The notes beneath the pieces were generated by a model, which worked only from the letters and a program-made list of their open reading frames with translations, was not told where the DNA came from and made no database searches. Shown here in pieces: positions 16,330 through 26,208 of a stretch of DNA of 64,000 bases. Position 1 is the first letter of the stretch, and each line of letters opens with the position of its first letter. A program made the position numbers and the translations under genes. The stretch lies in the NCBI GenBank assembly GCA_964473255.1, contig CAYYOT010000003.1, forward strand, positions 50,449 through 114,448. Reading direction: 5' to 3'. The stretch comes from an uncultured Myxococcales bacterium (GTDB lineage: Bacteria > Myxococcota > Kuafuiibacteriia > Kuafuiibacteriales > Kuafuiibacteriaceae).

Positions 16330-17370
16330 ATGTCGGGCACGACCCAGTCCCTCGCCGAGCTCTTGGCGAGGATCCAGGGTCGGACGGTCGGTGGCAGTTT
16401 CGAACCCTCATCCGTGCGCATCGTTCCTCCGGCGGAAGCGGGTCCGGGGACGGTGACGTTCCTCGATTCGGCGCGGCACCTGCGCGAGCTGTCTTCGCCA
16501 GCCGGTGTCCTCGTCGTGCGGTCCGGTCTCGAGGGACGACTGGCGGAGTTCGACTGTACGGCGCTCGTCGTCGTCGACGACGCCTATGTTGCCCTGGCCC
16601 GGGCGGCGGCAGCGATCGACTCCGAACCCGCCCCGCCCCCCGGGGTGGATCCCACCGCTCGCGTGGACGGCACGGCCCGACTCGGTCCGGACGTGCGGTT
16701 GGGCCCGTACGTGGTCGTCGGTCCTCGGGTCGTGGTCGGTGAAGGCACGATCCTCGAGGCCGGTGTCCATGTACGCGAGGGTGCCTCCGTGGGTGCGTAC
16801 GCGCATCTTCACGACCGCGTCGTCATCGGGGCGGGGTGTCGGGTGGGAGATCGATGTGTCCTCCACCCTGGCGTCGTGGTCGGAGCCGACGGCTTCGGAT
16901 TCGCTCGGCCCGAGCGCGGCCCGCCCTTGAAGCTCCCGCAGTGGGGGACTGTCGAGATCGGTGACGACGTCGAAATCGGAGCCAACAGCTGCATCGATCG
17001 CGGCACCTTTGGCCCCACCCGCGTAGGACGCGGTACGAAGATCGACAACCTCGTACAGGTCGGGCACAACGCTCAGGTCGGCGAAGAGTGCGTGCTGGTC
17101 GCACAGAGCGGCGTGGCCGGCTCGGCTCGGCTCGAGTCGGGAGCGATCGTTGCTGCGCAGGCCGGCGTGGCCGGTCATCGGCGCGTTGGGCACCGGGGCA
17201 TCGCGTCCGCGCAAGCGGGGGTCATGCGCGATGTGCCCGACCATACGATGGTCGTTGGTTCTCCCGCGGAGCCCCGCTGGCGCTACTTCCGACGGTTGGC
17301 GTATCTGCGCCGGCTCGAAGAGCTGTTCCGTCGCGTTCGCATTTTGGAGCGAGAAAGGATCTCTCGATGA
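16330..17370 (+). CDS. lpxD: UDP-3-O-acylglucosamine N-acyltransferase
   Basis: It has a left-handed beta-helix with hexapeptide repeats ([29 protein letters not shown]...[16 protein letters not shown]...[32 protein letters not shown]). The position between skp and fabZ fits. Confidence 0.9.
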   Translation: MSGTTQSLAELLARIQGRTVGGSFEPSSVRIVPPAEAGPGTVTFLDSARHLRELSSPAGVLVVRSGLEGRLAEFDCTALVVVDDAYVALARAAAAIDSEPAPPPGVDPTARVDGTARLGPDVRLGPYVVVGPRVVVGEGTILEAGVHVREGASVGAYAHLHDRVVIGAGCRVGDRCVLHPGVVVGADGFGFARPERGPPLKLPQWGTVEIGDDVEIGANSCIDRGTFGPTRVGRGTKIDNLVQVGHNAQVGEECVLVAQSGVAGSARLESGAIVAAQAGVAGHRRVGHRGIASAQAGVMRDVPDHTMVVGSPAEPRWRYFRRLAYLRRLEELFRRVRILERERISR

Positions 17371-17861
17371 CCACGCTCAACATCAATCAGATCAAGCGGT
17401 ACCTCCCTCATCGCCAGCCTTTTCTGCTGGTCGACCGGGTCGATGAGGTCGTCCCCAACGAGTCGATCGTCGCGCGGAAAGCGATCTCGGTGAACGAAGC
17501 CTTCTTCAACGGACATTTTCCCGGGAACCCGGTCATGCCGGGGGTCCTTCAGCTGGAAGCCATGGCCCAGGCCGCCGCGCTGCTTGCCGTGACCAGCGGC
17601 GCGACGATCGACCGTAAGAATTCCATATATGTGACGGGTTTCGACGGCTGCAAGTTTCGACGACCCGTCGTTCCTGGCGACGTACTCGTCCTGACGGCGA
17701 AGATACTGAAGCGCCGTCTGAGCCTGTGGAAGCTTTCCTGCGAAGCGCACGTGGATGGAGTCATGGCGAGCTGTGCGGTGATCACCGCGACGTCGGGACC
17801 GTCGGCCAGTACGGACGACCGACCCGACGGTCTGCCGGAGTTCGGGTTCGAAGCGGTCTGA
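17367..17861 (+). CDS. fabZ: 3-hydroxyacyl-ACP dehydratase
   Basis: ORF 17088..17861 trimmed to Met94. [25 protein letters not shown]...[19 protein letters not shown] is the canonical FabZ sequence. The ATG overlaps the lpxD stop (ATGA). Confidence 0.9.
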   Translation: MTTLNINQIKRYLPHRQPFLLVDRVDEVVPNESIVARKAISVNEAFFNGHFPGNPVMPGVLQLEAMAQAAALLAVTSGATIDRKNSIYVTGFDGCKFRRPVVPGDVLVLTAKILKRRLSLWKLSCEAHVDGVMASCAVITATSGPSASTDDRPDGLPEFGFEAV

Positions 17862-17868
17862 GACGTCG

Positions 17869-18675
17869 ATGCCGAGCGTCCATGCCACGGCCGTCGTCGC
17901 GGCGGGAGCGCATCTGGCGGACGGCGTGACGATCGGTCCATACGCAGTGATCGGTTCGCATGTCCGTCTGGAGGACGGCGTTCGCATCCACGCCCACGCG
18001 GTGGTCGATGGGCATACCGTGGTGGGACCCGATTCCGAGATCTACCCCTTCGCCGCCGTGGGGCTGCGGCCGCAGGACCGCAAGTACGATGGCTCGGATA
18101 CGCGGCTGACGATCGGTCGCGCGTCCGTCGTTCGAGAATACGTGACGATCCAACCCGGCAGTCGCGAAGGGGGCCTCACTCGAATCGGGCACCGGACGCT
18201 CATCATGGCGTATAGTCACATTGCTCACGACTGCTGGATTGGCGACCGGGTTACCATCGCGAATGCAGCCCAAATTGCAGGACACTGCCGGATCGAAGAC
18301 CACGCCGTCCTCGGAGGCGTTACGACCGTCCATCAGTTCGTGCGCGTCGGCCGTCACGCCATGACCGGGGCAGCGACGCGGACCGTTCGTGATGTCCCTC
18401 CGTTCATGCTGGTCGACGGCAACCCCGCCCGCGTCGTCGGCCTCAACAAGGTGGGCCTCGAGCGAGCGGGTTATGACCGAGCCGGGGTGGATCGGCTCAA
18501 ACGCGCGTTTCGATGTCTCTACGGCTCTCCGACTCTTCAGCGAGGACTCGAGACCTTGACCGCCGACGCTCGGACGCCCGAGGAGCGGGCGCTCGTGGAG
18601 TTCGTGGCCTCCTCAACTCGAGGGATCACTCGGCCCCGGCGCCGCGTGCGGCCCCCGGTGCCTCGTACTTCGTGA
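17869..18675 (+). CDS. lpxA: Acyl-ACP--UDP-GlcNAc O-acyltransferase
   Basis: The hexapeptide-repeat start is MPSVHATAVVAAGAHLADGVTIGPYAVIGSHVRLEDGVRIHAHAVV. The LpxA core HIAHDCWIGDRVTIANAAQIAGHCRIED is present, and the C-terminal helical domain includes LNKVGLERAGYDRAGVDRLKRAF. Confidence 0.9.
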   Translation: MPSVHATAVVAAGAHLADGVTIGPYAVIGSHVRLEDGVRIHAHAVVDGHTVVGPDSEIYPFAAVGLRPQDRKYDGSDTRLTIGRASVVREYVTIQPGSREGGLTRIGHRTLIMAYSHIAHDCWIGDRVTIANAAQIAGHCRIEDHAVLGGVTTVHQFVRVGRHAMTGAATRTVRDVPPFMLVDGNPARVVGLNKVGLERAGYDRAGVDRLKRAFRCLYGSPTLQRGLETLTADARTPEERALVEFVASSTRGITRPRRRVRPPVPRTS

Positions 18676-19784
18676 AGAGGCTCAAGCTGTTCGTTTCCGC
18701 GGCCGAGGCGAGCGGCGATGCCTTGGCCGCCGGCGTCCTCCGGTCGCTGCAGAGCGGGGGCGCGAGGGTCGAGGCGTTCGGCATGGGAGGGCCAGCGAGT
18801 ATCGCCGCCGGCTTGGACGCGTGGTCCTCACCGCCCAGCGTGAGCGGATTGGTCGAGGTCGCGGGTCATCTTCCGCGGCTCCTTCGTCTTCGCTCGGAGC
18901 TCCTTCATCGAGCACGTCGACATCGCCCCGACCTGGCGATCTTGGTCGATGCTCCGGATTTTCATCTGGGCCTGGCCCGCGGCCTGCGCCGGAGCGGGAT
19001 CCGAACCGTCGCGTACGGGGCGCCGTCCGTCTGGGCCTGGCGCCCGGGTCGAGCGAAGGCGTTCTCTGCCGCCTTCGACCGCATTCTGGTTCTCTTTCGC
19101 TTCGAGGTGGCTGCCTGGCCGGTGGGCGATGTGCACTGGGTCGGGCATCCGGCCTTCGACGACCCGACCCCGCCACAACCGGCGGCTGACCGGCCCCGTC
19201 TGGTGCTTCTTCCGGGTTCACGGGCCGCCGAAGTAGGGCAGCACCTTCCGCGCATGCTGGCGGCCGCCGAGAAGATTCGATGCGAACGGCCCGAGCTCGA
19301 AGTCGCGTTGTCGGTCGCGCCCGGACTCGACGGTCGTCTTCATCGCCGAGCGGTCGAGCGTCGTGGCCTGGATGTGCGGTGGCTGCGCGGCGCCGTGGCC
19401 AAGGACATCGGGTCGGCCTCGGCCTGCTGGGCGGCGTCGGGCACGGTGACGCTGAGATTGGGTCTGTGGGGCGTTCCCCAGGCGGTTGTCTACCGCCTTC
19501 ATCCGGTGACCTACGCCGTCCTTCGCCGGTTGGTCCGGGTGTCTCACGTGGCGCTGCCGAACCTCCTGACCGGTACCGCGGCCGTACCCGAGTTCATTCA
19601 AGCGCGGTGGACGACCGATGCGCTGGTCGAGTGGACGCGGACCGCGCTCGATGTTCCCGCGATCCGCGAAGACGCCGTGCGCCTTGCGGAAGGTCTTCGT
19701 CGCGCGGGTGGCGCTCCGGGAAGCTCACGACGGGCAGCCCGGGCAGTCCTCGACCTCCTGGGCTCCGACGGTCTCGTGTTATGA
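18672..19784 (+). CDS. lpxB: Lipid-A-disaccharide synthase
   Basis: ORF 18513..19784 trimmed to the GTG at 18672 (VKRLKLFVSAAEASGDALAAGV), which matches the LpxB N-terminus and the GT-B fold (LLPGSRAAEVGQHLPRMLAAAE). The GTG overlaps the lpxA stop. Confidence 0.85.
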   Translation: MKRLKLFVSAAEASGDALAAGVLRSLQSGGARVEAFGMGGPASIAAGLDAWSSPPSVSGLVEVAGHLPRLLRLRSELLHRARRHRPDLAILVDAPDFHLGLARGLRRSGIRTVAYGAPSVWAWRPGRAKAFSAAFDRILVLFRFEVAAWPVGDVHWVGHPAFDDPTPPQPAADRPRLVLLPGSRAAEVGQHLPRMLAAAEKIRCERPELEVALSVAPGLDGRLHRRAVERRGLDVRWLRGAVAKDIGSASACWAASGTVTLRLGLWGVPQAVVYRLHPVTYAVLRRLVRVSHVALPNLLTGTAAVPEFIQARWTTDALVEWTRTALDVPAIREDAVRLAEGLRRAGGAPGSSRRAARAVLDLLGSDGLVL

Positions 19785-19791
19785 CCCGGCC

Positions 19792-20304
19792 GTGGAGACG
19801 GTGATCCTCAGCTCGGGCCCGGTGCTGGGCTTCGAAACCGCCGCGGAGCAGACCGTCCGGCCGCTCCCGAAGTCGGCTCCGCCTGCTCAGGCGATCCGGG
19901 ACGCCTTCATCCAGGGGGCCCGGCAAGTCATCTTGACGGCAGTCCGTCTCGAGGAGCGCGAGCTCCGTCGCGGCTTGGAACAGCTGCGGGTCGGAGACTT
20001 CGTGGGCTGGGCCGACCCCCTGCCGCTCGGACCGTCGAGATCTCGGTACCGGCTCCGGGAGCGGGCGGCGACGCCGCCGCACCTCGGAGCCCTGGGCATC
20101 AAGAAGCACGCCTGGGATGCGGTTGGAAATGGAGGCTGGGCGCTCGAGCCGCGCACCTTGATGGTCGAGCTCGCGGTGCGGGCGCTGCACCTCGGCCTGT
20201 CTTTGGAGACCATGCCGAGCGAAGCCGCTCCCTTTTGGTCCCTCCGCGATGGCGCGAGTCTCCTCCGAGGCTGGGCCCTGGGTCTTCGACGGTACGACCC
20301 GTGA
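19792..20304 (+). CDS. Hypothetical protein (about 170 aa) between lpxB and the MsbA-like exporter
   Basis: ORF 19618..20304 trimmed to a GTG just after the lpxB stop. Codon third positions are strongly G/C, which is consistent with coding. Its stop overlaps the GTG start of the downstream ABC exporter. I recognised no domain. The competing minus-strand ORF 19594..20190 is Arg-rich junk. Confidence 0.35.
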   Translation: METVILSSGPVLGFETAAEQTVRPLPKSAPPAQAIRDAFIQGARQVILTAVRLEERELRRGLEQLRVGDFVGWADPLPLGPSRSRYRLRERAATPPHLGALGIKKHAWDAVGNGGWALEPRTLMVELAVRALHLGLSLETMPSEAAPFWSLRDGASLLRGWALGLRRYDP

Positions 20305-22055
20305 ATGCGGTCGTCGGCCAACTTCGAGGTCACCGGGCGGAAGTCGCCTCGGTGGTCGCGCTGCTGGGGGTCGCGGCCATCGCCAGCAGTCTCTATCCCG
20401 TGCTGCTGGACCTGCTGACGACCTACCTCATGGAGGGAGATGCCGGCGTCGAGCGCGTCGCTCGCGAGACCACGGCCCGGCTCGCTTTGCCCGAGCTTCC
20501 GCCGCTCGATGGCGCGCGAGTCCTTGGGGGACTGGTGGGGATCGTCTTTTTGAAAGCGGTGGCGGCCGCGGTTGCGGCGCTGGAAACGGCGCGCATTCGG
20601 CGGCAGATTTCGGCCGAGCTTCGCCAGCGGGTGTACGCCGGTCTCGTCGAGCAGTCGGTCGACGCGCCGGCTTGGCGGGGTCGCGGACGCCAGCTCGATC
20701 ATGCGCTCGGGGATGTTGCGGAAGTGGAGCAAGGGGTCGACCTGCTTCTCGGGCGAGTCTTGGCCGATGGGCTCAAAGCGATCGCGGTCGCCGTCGTCGT
20801 CTCGGTGGCCTATCCGCGCCTTCTGTTCGTGGCCATCTTCATGGCTCCGGTCGTGGTTCCTCTCGTCCTTTGGCTGGCGCGTCGGGCAAGTCGGAGCGCG
20901 GCTGCCGTCCACGCGGCTCGCGGCGGCTTGAGTCAGCACGTCAGCGAGTCTTTGGCCGGGCTCCGGACGATCCGCGTCTTCGGCGGCGAGGCTCGGGCTC
21001 GGGCGAAGTTTGGCCGGCTCGTTCAGCAGCACGCGCGAGCCCGGCGTGAGCTCGATGTCCTTCAGGCCCTGCAAAGGCCGGTGATGGAGCTGATCGGCGT
21101 TGGGCTCCTCGTTGCGGCGGTGATCCTGGGCTCCTGGGTCCACGGAACCGTCCGACCCGGGGCCGTCGTAGGCTTCGTGCTCGGCCTGGTTTTGCTGTAC
21201 GAGCCGCTGAAGGCGGTCGGCCGGTCGCTGGCCGGGCTCGCCTCGGCCGCGGAAGCCAAAGAGCGCATCCGCGACCTGCAGCAGCCAGCGGCCGAGGTCG
21301 CACCGCCCCTTCCCGCAGATGTCCCCTTTCGCGAGCTCGAGCTCCTGGACGTGCACTTTCGCCATGCTCGATCCTCGTGCGACGTCCTGCGGGGCATCAG
21401 CGTGCGGCTGGGCCGCGGCCGACCGGTTGCTTTGGTCGGAGCCTCGGGTGCGGGCAAATCGACGCTGGTGGCGGTCCTCTGTCGCTTGTTCGAGCCGACG
21501 GCCGGTCAATTGACGATCGATGGGGTGCGCGTGGGGGACCATTCGGCGGCGGATTGGCGGAGGCACGTTGCGCTGCTCGACCAGGAACCCTTCATCTTCG
21601 ACGCCACGGTTGCCGACAACATTCGCTACGGCGCGCCGCATGCGTCCGCTCCGGAGGTCCAGCGCGCCGCTCGACAGGCCCGACTCCACGAGACGATCCG
21701 CGCGCTGCCCAAGGGGTACGAAACGCGATTGGGCGAGGGCGGGTACCGGCTATCCGGGGGCGAGCGCCAGCGACTCGCACTGGCCCGAGCGTTCTTGAGG
21801 AATGCGCCGATCCTGATCGTCGATGAGCCCACCAGCGCGCTCGATGCTGCGACCGAGGCGTCGCTGCTCGATGCGTTCGAGGCACTGTGGGCGGATCGCA
21901 TCACGCTGATCATCACCCATCGTGCCGCGCTCATGGAGCGCACCGTCGAGCGGATGGCTTTGATCGACGGACAGCTAAAGTTGTTGAAACCCAAAGGTAT
22001 TCCGCCTTCGATGGCTCCGGCGGCTCTTGTCGACTCACTCAAATCGGCGTGCTAA
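20301..22055 (+). CDS. msbA: ABC exporter, fused permease and ATPase (MsbA-like; lipid A flippase candidate by context)
   Basis: The N-terminal half is a 6-TM ABC_membrane domain. The C-terminal ATPase has Walker A GASGAGKST, signature LSGGERQR and Walker B ILIVDEPTSALD. It directly follows lpxB. Confidence 0.8.
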   Translation: MNAVVGQLRGHRAEVASVVALLGVAAIASSLYPVLLDLLTTYLMEGDAGVERVARETTARLALPELPPLDGARVLGGLVGIVFLKAVAAAVAALETARIRRQISAELRQRVYAGLVEQSVDAPAWRGRGRQLDHALGDVAEVEQGVDLLLGRVLADGLKAIAVAVVVSVAYPRLLFVAIFMAPVVVPLVLWLARRASRSAAAVHAARGGLSQHVSESLAGLRTIRVFGGEARARAKFGRLVQQHARARRELDVLQALQRPVMELIGVGLLVAAVILGSWVHGTVRPGAVVGFVLGLVLLYEPLKAVGRSLAGLASAAEAKERIRDLQQPAAEVAPPLPADVPFRELELLDVHFRHARSSCDVLRGISVRLGRGRPVALVGASGAGKSTLVAVLCRLFEPTAGQLTIDGVRVGDHSAADWRRHVALLDQEPFIFDATVADNIRYGAPHASAPEVQRAARQARLHETIRALPKGYETRLGEGGYRLSGGERQRLALARAFLRNAPILIVDEPTSALDAATEASLLDAFEALWADRITLIITHRAALMERTVERMALIDGQLKLLKPKGIPPSMAPAALVDSLKSAC

Positions 22056-22064
22056 ACCCGGCCC

Positions 22065-23489
22065 GTGGATCAGCGTTATGAAGCCGTGGTGGTCGGTGGA
22101 GGTCCCGGAGGATACGTGGCCGGAATCCGGCTCGGGCAGCACGGGAAGAAGGCTCTCGTCGTCGAACGCGAGCACCTCGGTGGAGTGTGCCTGAACTGGG
22201 GATGCATCCCCAGCAAGGCCCTCATTCACGCCGCCAATCTGCGCTCCGAGATCTCCAACTTCGGCGATGTCTTCTCCGACGTTCCGTCCATGGACACCAC
22301 CAAGCTCCAAGCCTGGAAGGATGGGATCATTCGGAAACAGCGGGGCGGCGTGGGCTCGTTGCTCAAATCGAACCACTGCGACCAGGTGCAGGGTTCGGCA
22401 CGGCTGACCGGCGCGCACTCACTCGAGATCGAAACCAAAGAGGGGAAGCAGACGGTCCAGTTCGACAATCTCATCCTGGCGACCGGAGCTCAGGTCATCG
22501 AGATCCCTGGGTTCCCCTTCAGCGATGACCGGATCGGATACGCGCGGGATGCCGTCGCTTACGATCCCATGCCGGAGAAGCTGGTGATCATCGGCGGTGG
22601 CGTCATCGGTTCCGAGTTGGGCATGGCCTACGCCAAGATGGGAGCGCAGGTGACGATCGTCGAGATGCTCGACAGCATTCTACCGGGCATGGACCCCGAC
22701 CTCGTTCGCCCGGTGGCGAAGGCCATGAAGAAGGCGGGCATCGACGTCATGACCGGAGCGAAGGCCAAGGGCTACGAGTCGAAAGGTCAGCACGTCGACG
22801 TCGAAGTCGAGACGAAGGATGGGTCGACGCAGAAGCTCGAAGCCGACCAGGTCCTGGTCGCGGTGGGCTTCAAGCCCAATACGGCGGGGCTCGGCCTGGA
22901 GAGTGCCGGGATCCGGACCGACGACCGGGGCTGGGTTCCGGTGGACCAGGAGTGCCGGACCAACGTCCCGCACATCTTCGCCATCGGCGATCTGACCGGC
23001 CCGCCGCTGCTCGCTCACCGTGCGCACTACATGGGCGAGGTTGCGGCCGAAGTGATCTCGGGAAAGAAGGCGGCCACCGACGCTCGCGCGATGCCGCTCG
23101 GTGTCTTCACCGATCCGGAGGTCGCTCAGGTGGGAATGACCGAGCAAGAGGCTCGCGATGCGGGGCATGACCCGAAGGTCGGCGTCTTTCCCATGACCGC
23201 GCTCGGAAGAGCTGCAGCCATGAATGCCAGTGAGGGGCTGGTCAAAGTCGTGGTCGACGAGAAGACCGATCGCATTCTCGGCATGGGTATCACCGCCTAC
23301 AACGCGTGTGACTTGATCGCGGAGGCGGCGCTGGCCCTCGAAATGGTCGCCGTCTCCGAGGACATCAGTCTGACAGTGCACGTCCACCCAACGATGTCGG
23401 AGGCGGTCATGGAGGCGGCGATGGCGGCACGCGGCGAGGCGGTCCACATCATCAACCGCGCTCGACGGATGGCGAAGAAAGCCTCGTAG
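22065..23489 (+). CDS. lpdA: Dihydrolipoyl dehydrogenase (E3)
   Basis: The FAD site is VVVGGGPGGYVAGIR. The redox disulfide is GGVCLNWGCIPSK. The NAD site is IIGGGVIGSELG. The C-terminal dimerisation motif HVHPTMSEAV carries the catalytic His. Confidence 0.9.
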   Translation: MDQRYEAVVVGGGPGGYVAGIRLGQHGKKALVVEREHLGGVCLNWGCIPSKALIHAANLRSEISNFGDVFSDVPSMDTTKLQAWKDGIIRKQRGGVGSLLKSNHCDQVQGSARLTGAHSLEIETKEGKQTVQFDNLILATGAQVIEIPGFPFSDDRIGYARDAVAYDPMPEKLVIIGGGVIGSELGMAYAKMGAQVTIVEMLDSILPGMDPDLVRPVAKAMKKAGIDVMTGAKAKGYESKGQHVDVEVETKDGSTQKLEADQVLVAVGFKPNTAGLGLESAGIRTDDRGWVPVDQECRTNVPHIFAIGDLTGPPLLAHRAHYMGEVAAEVISGKKAATDARAMPLGVFTDPEVAQVGMTEQEARDAGHDPKVGVFPMTALGRAAAMNASEGLVKVVVDEKTDRILGMGITAYNACDLIAEAALALEMVAVSEDISLTVHVHPTMSEAVMEAAMAARGEAVHIINRARRMAKKAS

Positions 23490-23497
23490 CTCGCTTC

Positions 23498-24160
23498 ATG
23501 CGCGAGGTTGAGGTCATCCGGCTCGGCCGGATCGGCTACGCCGATGCGATGACGCGCATGGAGGAGCGGGTGGCGGAGCGCGCCGCGGGCCGCGTCCCCG
23601 ATGCGCTCTTCCTCCTGGAGCACGACCCGGTTCTCACGCTGGGGCGCCGGGCATCCTCCGACCACGTCCTGGTCTCGCGAGACGGTCTGGCTGCTCGCGG
23701 GATCGATGTCGTCGAGTCGGGACGCGGGGGCGACGTCACGTATCATGGACCCGGTCAGGTGGTGGGCTATCCGGTCGTCGACCTCCGTCCGGACCGCCGC
23801 GATGTTCGACGATTCGTGGGCGCCTTGGAGGAGACCATGATCCGCACCTGCGGCACCTTCGGCGTCCGCGCGGGAAGAGTCTCGGGCCTGACCGGAGCCT
23901 GGGTCGACGAGCAGCGCAAGGTCGGAGCCATCGGAGTGCGGATCTCCCGGTGGATCACGAGTCACGGCTTCGCTCTCAACGTGGCCGATGCGCTGGATGC
24001 GTTCTCGCTCATCGTGCCCTGCGGCATCCGCGACAAAGCCGTGACCTCCTTGAGTCTCGAAGCCGGACGACCGATCTCGATGGCTCGGGCTTTCGATGCC
24101 GTGGAGGCGAACTTCATGGCTCTCTTTGCCTCGGAGCGACTGCCCGAGCGCGCCGCGTGA
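23498..24160 (+). CDS. lipB: Octanoyl-[ACP]:protein N-octanoyltransferase
   Basis: LipB motifs are present: LLEHDPVLTLGRRA, RGGDVTYHGPGQVVGYP, KVGAIGVRISRWITSHGFALNV and the PCGI catalytic Cys. Confidence 0.85.
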   Translation: MREVEVIRLGRIGYADAMTRMEERVAERAAGRVPDALFLLEHDPVLTLGRRASSDHVLVSRDGLAARGIDVVESGRGGDVTYHGPGQVVGYPVVDLRPDRRDVRRFVGALEETMIRTCGTFGVRAGRVSGLTGAWVDEQRKVGAIGVRISRWITSHGFALNVADALDAFSLIVPCGIRDKAVTSLSLEAGRPISMARAFDAVEANFMALFASERLPERAA

Positions 24161-25038
24161 CGGGACCCGATGCTCGCCGCGGGCTGTGGGCCGGGATTGG
24201 CGCCTATGGGCTGTGGGGGGTTCTCGCCCTTTACTGGCGGCTCCTCGACACCGTCCCCCCCGCCGAGATCCTGGCGAATCGGATCGTCTGGTGCTTTGTA
24301 TTCGCCGCCGCCGCGCTCCGCTTGCGGGGGTCGCTGCAGCCGGCCGTCGACGTCCTCTGCGACCCATCGTCTCGTCGAGCGGTTTTCGCTTCCACGGCGC
24401 TCATCGGCATCAATTGGTTCCTGTTCATCTGGGCGGTCGCCGAGCGCCGGGTGACCGAAGTCAGCCTCGGCTACTACATCAATCCCCTCTTCAACGTCGC
24501 CCTCGGAGCCCTCGTACTCGGGGAGCGTCTATCTCGACTCCAGCTGGTGTCCGTCGCCCTGGCTGCCCTCGGCATCGTCAGCTTCACGGTGAGCCTCGGG
24601 AGTCTTCCCTGGCTCTCGGTCGTGTTGCCGTTGACCTTCGGACTGTATGGTTTGGTTCGAAAGACGGCTCGCGCAGGGCCGCTGGTGGGGCTGGTGCTGG
24701 AAACGGCGCTTCTCGCTCCGGGGGCGCTTGTCTACCTGGTGGTTTGGCCGCCCGTAGTCGGCGGACACCTCGTGCACGGTCCGGCGCCGGAGACGGCGCT
24801 TCTCCTCTTTGGTGGGCCGCTGACGGCTCTGCCCTTGCTGCTGTTCGCCGCCGCCGCGCGACGGCTCGAGTACGCGACTCTGGGTATGCTTCAGTACATT
24901 GCTCCGACGCTGCAGCTCGCGTGCGCGGTCTGGGCCTTCGACGAGCCGTTCACCGCTCGTCATGCGGTGACGTTCGCCTTCGTTTGGGCCGGGGTCTTCA
25001 CGTACGCCGTCGCTGCCCGCCGCCGTCTCGAAGCTTGA
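24157..25038 (+). CDS. rarD: RarD-type EamA/DMT-family transporter
   Basis: ORF 23950..25038 trimmed to the GTG at 24157, which overlaps the lipB stop. The N-terminus GIGAYGLWGVLALYW matches the RarD N-terminus YFIWGIAPAYF. There are about ten TM helices. Confidence 0.75.
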   Translation: MTGPDARRGLWAGIGAYGLWGVLALYWRLLDTVPPAEILANRIVWCFVFAAAALRLRGSLQPAVDVLCDPSSRRAVFASTALIGINWFLFIWAVAERRVTEVSLGYYINPLFNVALGALVLGERLSRLQLVSVALAALGIVSFTVSLGSLPWLSVVLPLTFGLYGLVRKTARAGPLVGLVLETALLAPGALVYLVVWPPVVGGHLVHGPAPETALLLFGGPLTALPLLLFAAAARRLEYATLGMLQYIAPTLQLACAVWAFDEPFTARHAVTFAFVWAGVFTYAVAARRRLEA

Positions 25039-25046
25039 AAAGCTTC
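25030..25046. terminator. Perfect hairpin GAAGCTT-gaa-AAGCTTC between the convergent rarD and TPR/PEGA genes; coordinates approximate
   Basis: A 7-bp stem with a 3-nt loop spans both stop codons (rarD ends at 25038 and the minus-strand gene ends at 25045). It is a candidate bidirectional terminator, although it is AT-poor and lacks a U-tract. Confidence 0.3.
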
Positions 25047-26208
25047 AGAAGCGGATCCGGGCGCTCGGAGACAAACCGGGGACGAGCTCGATGCCGGACT
25101 GGGGCGCCGCCGGACTCGGCTTGTCCAGGACCAGGAGCAGGAGTCCCGCGACCCCGGCGACGACCGCTCCCCCGATCAGCAGGCCCGACGCCAGCCGAAA
25201 GTCGTCCCGCTCGGAGGTGAGGGCCGCCAGCTCGTCACGTTCCTGCGGAGTGAGCGGTGGTCCGCTTTCCACCCGGTCCGAGAGGTCCTGCGCCTGGGTG
25301 TCGGCGTCGATGGCGAGACCGGTGGTGACGCCACCGGCCACCAGCAGGCCGCCGCTCAGCCCGACGATGGTCCAGGCGACTTTCCGCTGCGTCGTAGGCC
25401 GCAGCTCGGCCTTCAGCGTTTGCGACTCGCCGCGCGCTAGCTCCAGCTCCTGGGACACGGGTATGGCTCCCGTCTTCCGCACCGACACCAGGTAGCGGCC
25501 GGCCGAAAGCCGCAGCGGCCGTTCCAGGGGTGTCGTGCCCACGATCCGGCCCGAAACCGCGACTTCGGCGCCGCGGGAGGTCTCGATGGCGAGCTCCGCG
25601 GGGAGCTCGTCGAGCTCCCCGTCGACGACCACCAAGCGTCCCTGGACCGCTTGCACCCGAACCTCCTTCGATTCGTAGCCCTTCGCTTCGATCCGGACGA
25701 CGTGCTCGCCCGGATCGACCTGGGCCACGAGGGGAGCTTCCCGCAAGGTGCCGTCGTCGATCGCGGCCCGAGCGCCTTCGATCGCGGTCGAGACCATGAC
25801 CTGGGTCTGCTCGGCCCGCTCCGTCTTCAGCGATTCCAGTCGCTGCTCCTGCTGCAGCCGTAAGAGGATCGGTTCGAGCGTGGACAGATGGTCCACGGCA
25901 TCGGGTCGCCGGCGTCCCTGAGGTGAACGCCTCAAGTAGAGTCGATACAGCTCGACCGCGCGCTCGAGCTTGTAGGGGTCTCGGTCGACGAAGAACTGCA
26001 GCCGCAGCGCCTGAGCGAGCGAAAAGGCAAGTCCGCTCCGGGGGGCGAGCTTGTAGGCTTCCTCGAACGCCGCGATCGCCGCCTCGTAGCGGCTGCGCTC
26101 GTAGGCTTTACGGCCGGCTTCAAAGTACTCTTTTGCGCGTTCGACGTCTTCCGTGGCCGATGCGGCCAGGAGCGCCGCGCAGATGGCGGCCGCTCCTCCG
26201 AAACTCAC
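25045..26208 (-). CDS. Membrane-anchored protein with a signal peptide, TPR-like helical repeats, a PEGA-like domain and a C-terminal TM helix
   Basis: The signal peptide is MSFGGAAAICAALLAASA. The TPR-like region includes AKEYFEAGRKAYERSRYEAAIAAFEEAY. The PEGA-like segment is GRYLVSVRKTGAIPVSQELEL. The C-terminal TM helices are WTIVGLSGGLLVAGGVTTGLAI ... LLIGGAVVAGVAGLLLLVL. The ATG overlaps the stop of the upstream FG-GAP gene. Confidence 0.6.
   Translation of the reverse strand: MSFGGAAAICAALLAASATEDVERAKEYFEAGRKAYERSRYEAAIAAFEEAYKLAPRSGLAFSLAQALRLQFFVDRDPYKLERAVELYRLYLRRSPQGRRRPDAVDHLSTLEPILLRLQQEQRLESLKTERAEQTQVMVSTAIEGARAAIDDGTLREAPLVAQVDPGEHVVRIEAKGYESKEVRVQAVQGRLVVVDGELDELPAELAIETSRGAEVAVSGRIVGTTPLERPLRLSAGRYLVSVRKTGAIPVSQELELARGESQTLKAELRPTTQRKVAWTIVGLSGGLLVAGGVTTGLAIDADTQAQDLSDRVESGPPLTPQERDELAALTSERDDFRLASGLLIGGAVVAGVAGLLLLVLDKPSPAAPQSGIELVPGLSPSARIRF

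Noticed and set aside
24096-25220. 374-aa plus-strand ORF overlapping rarD in another frame
   Set aside because: It has Arg/Pro/Gly-rich composition. The rarD frame is supported by ten hydrophobic helices and an N-terminal match to RarD.
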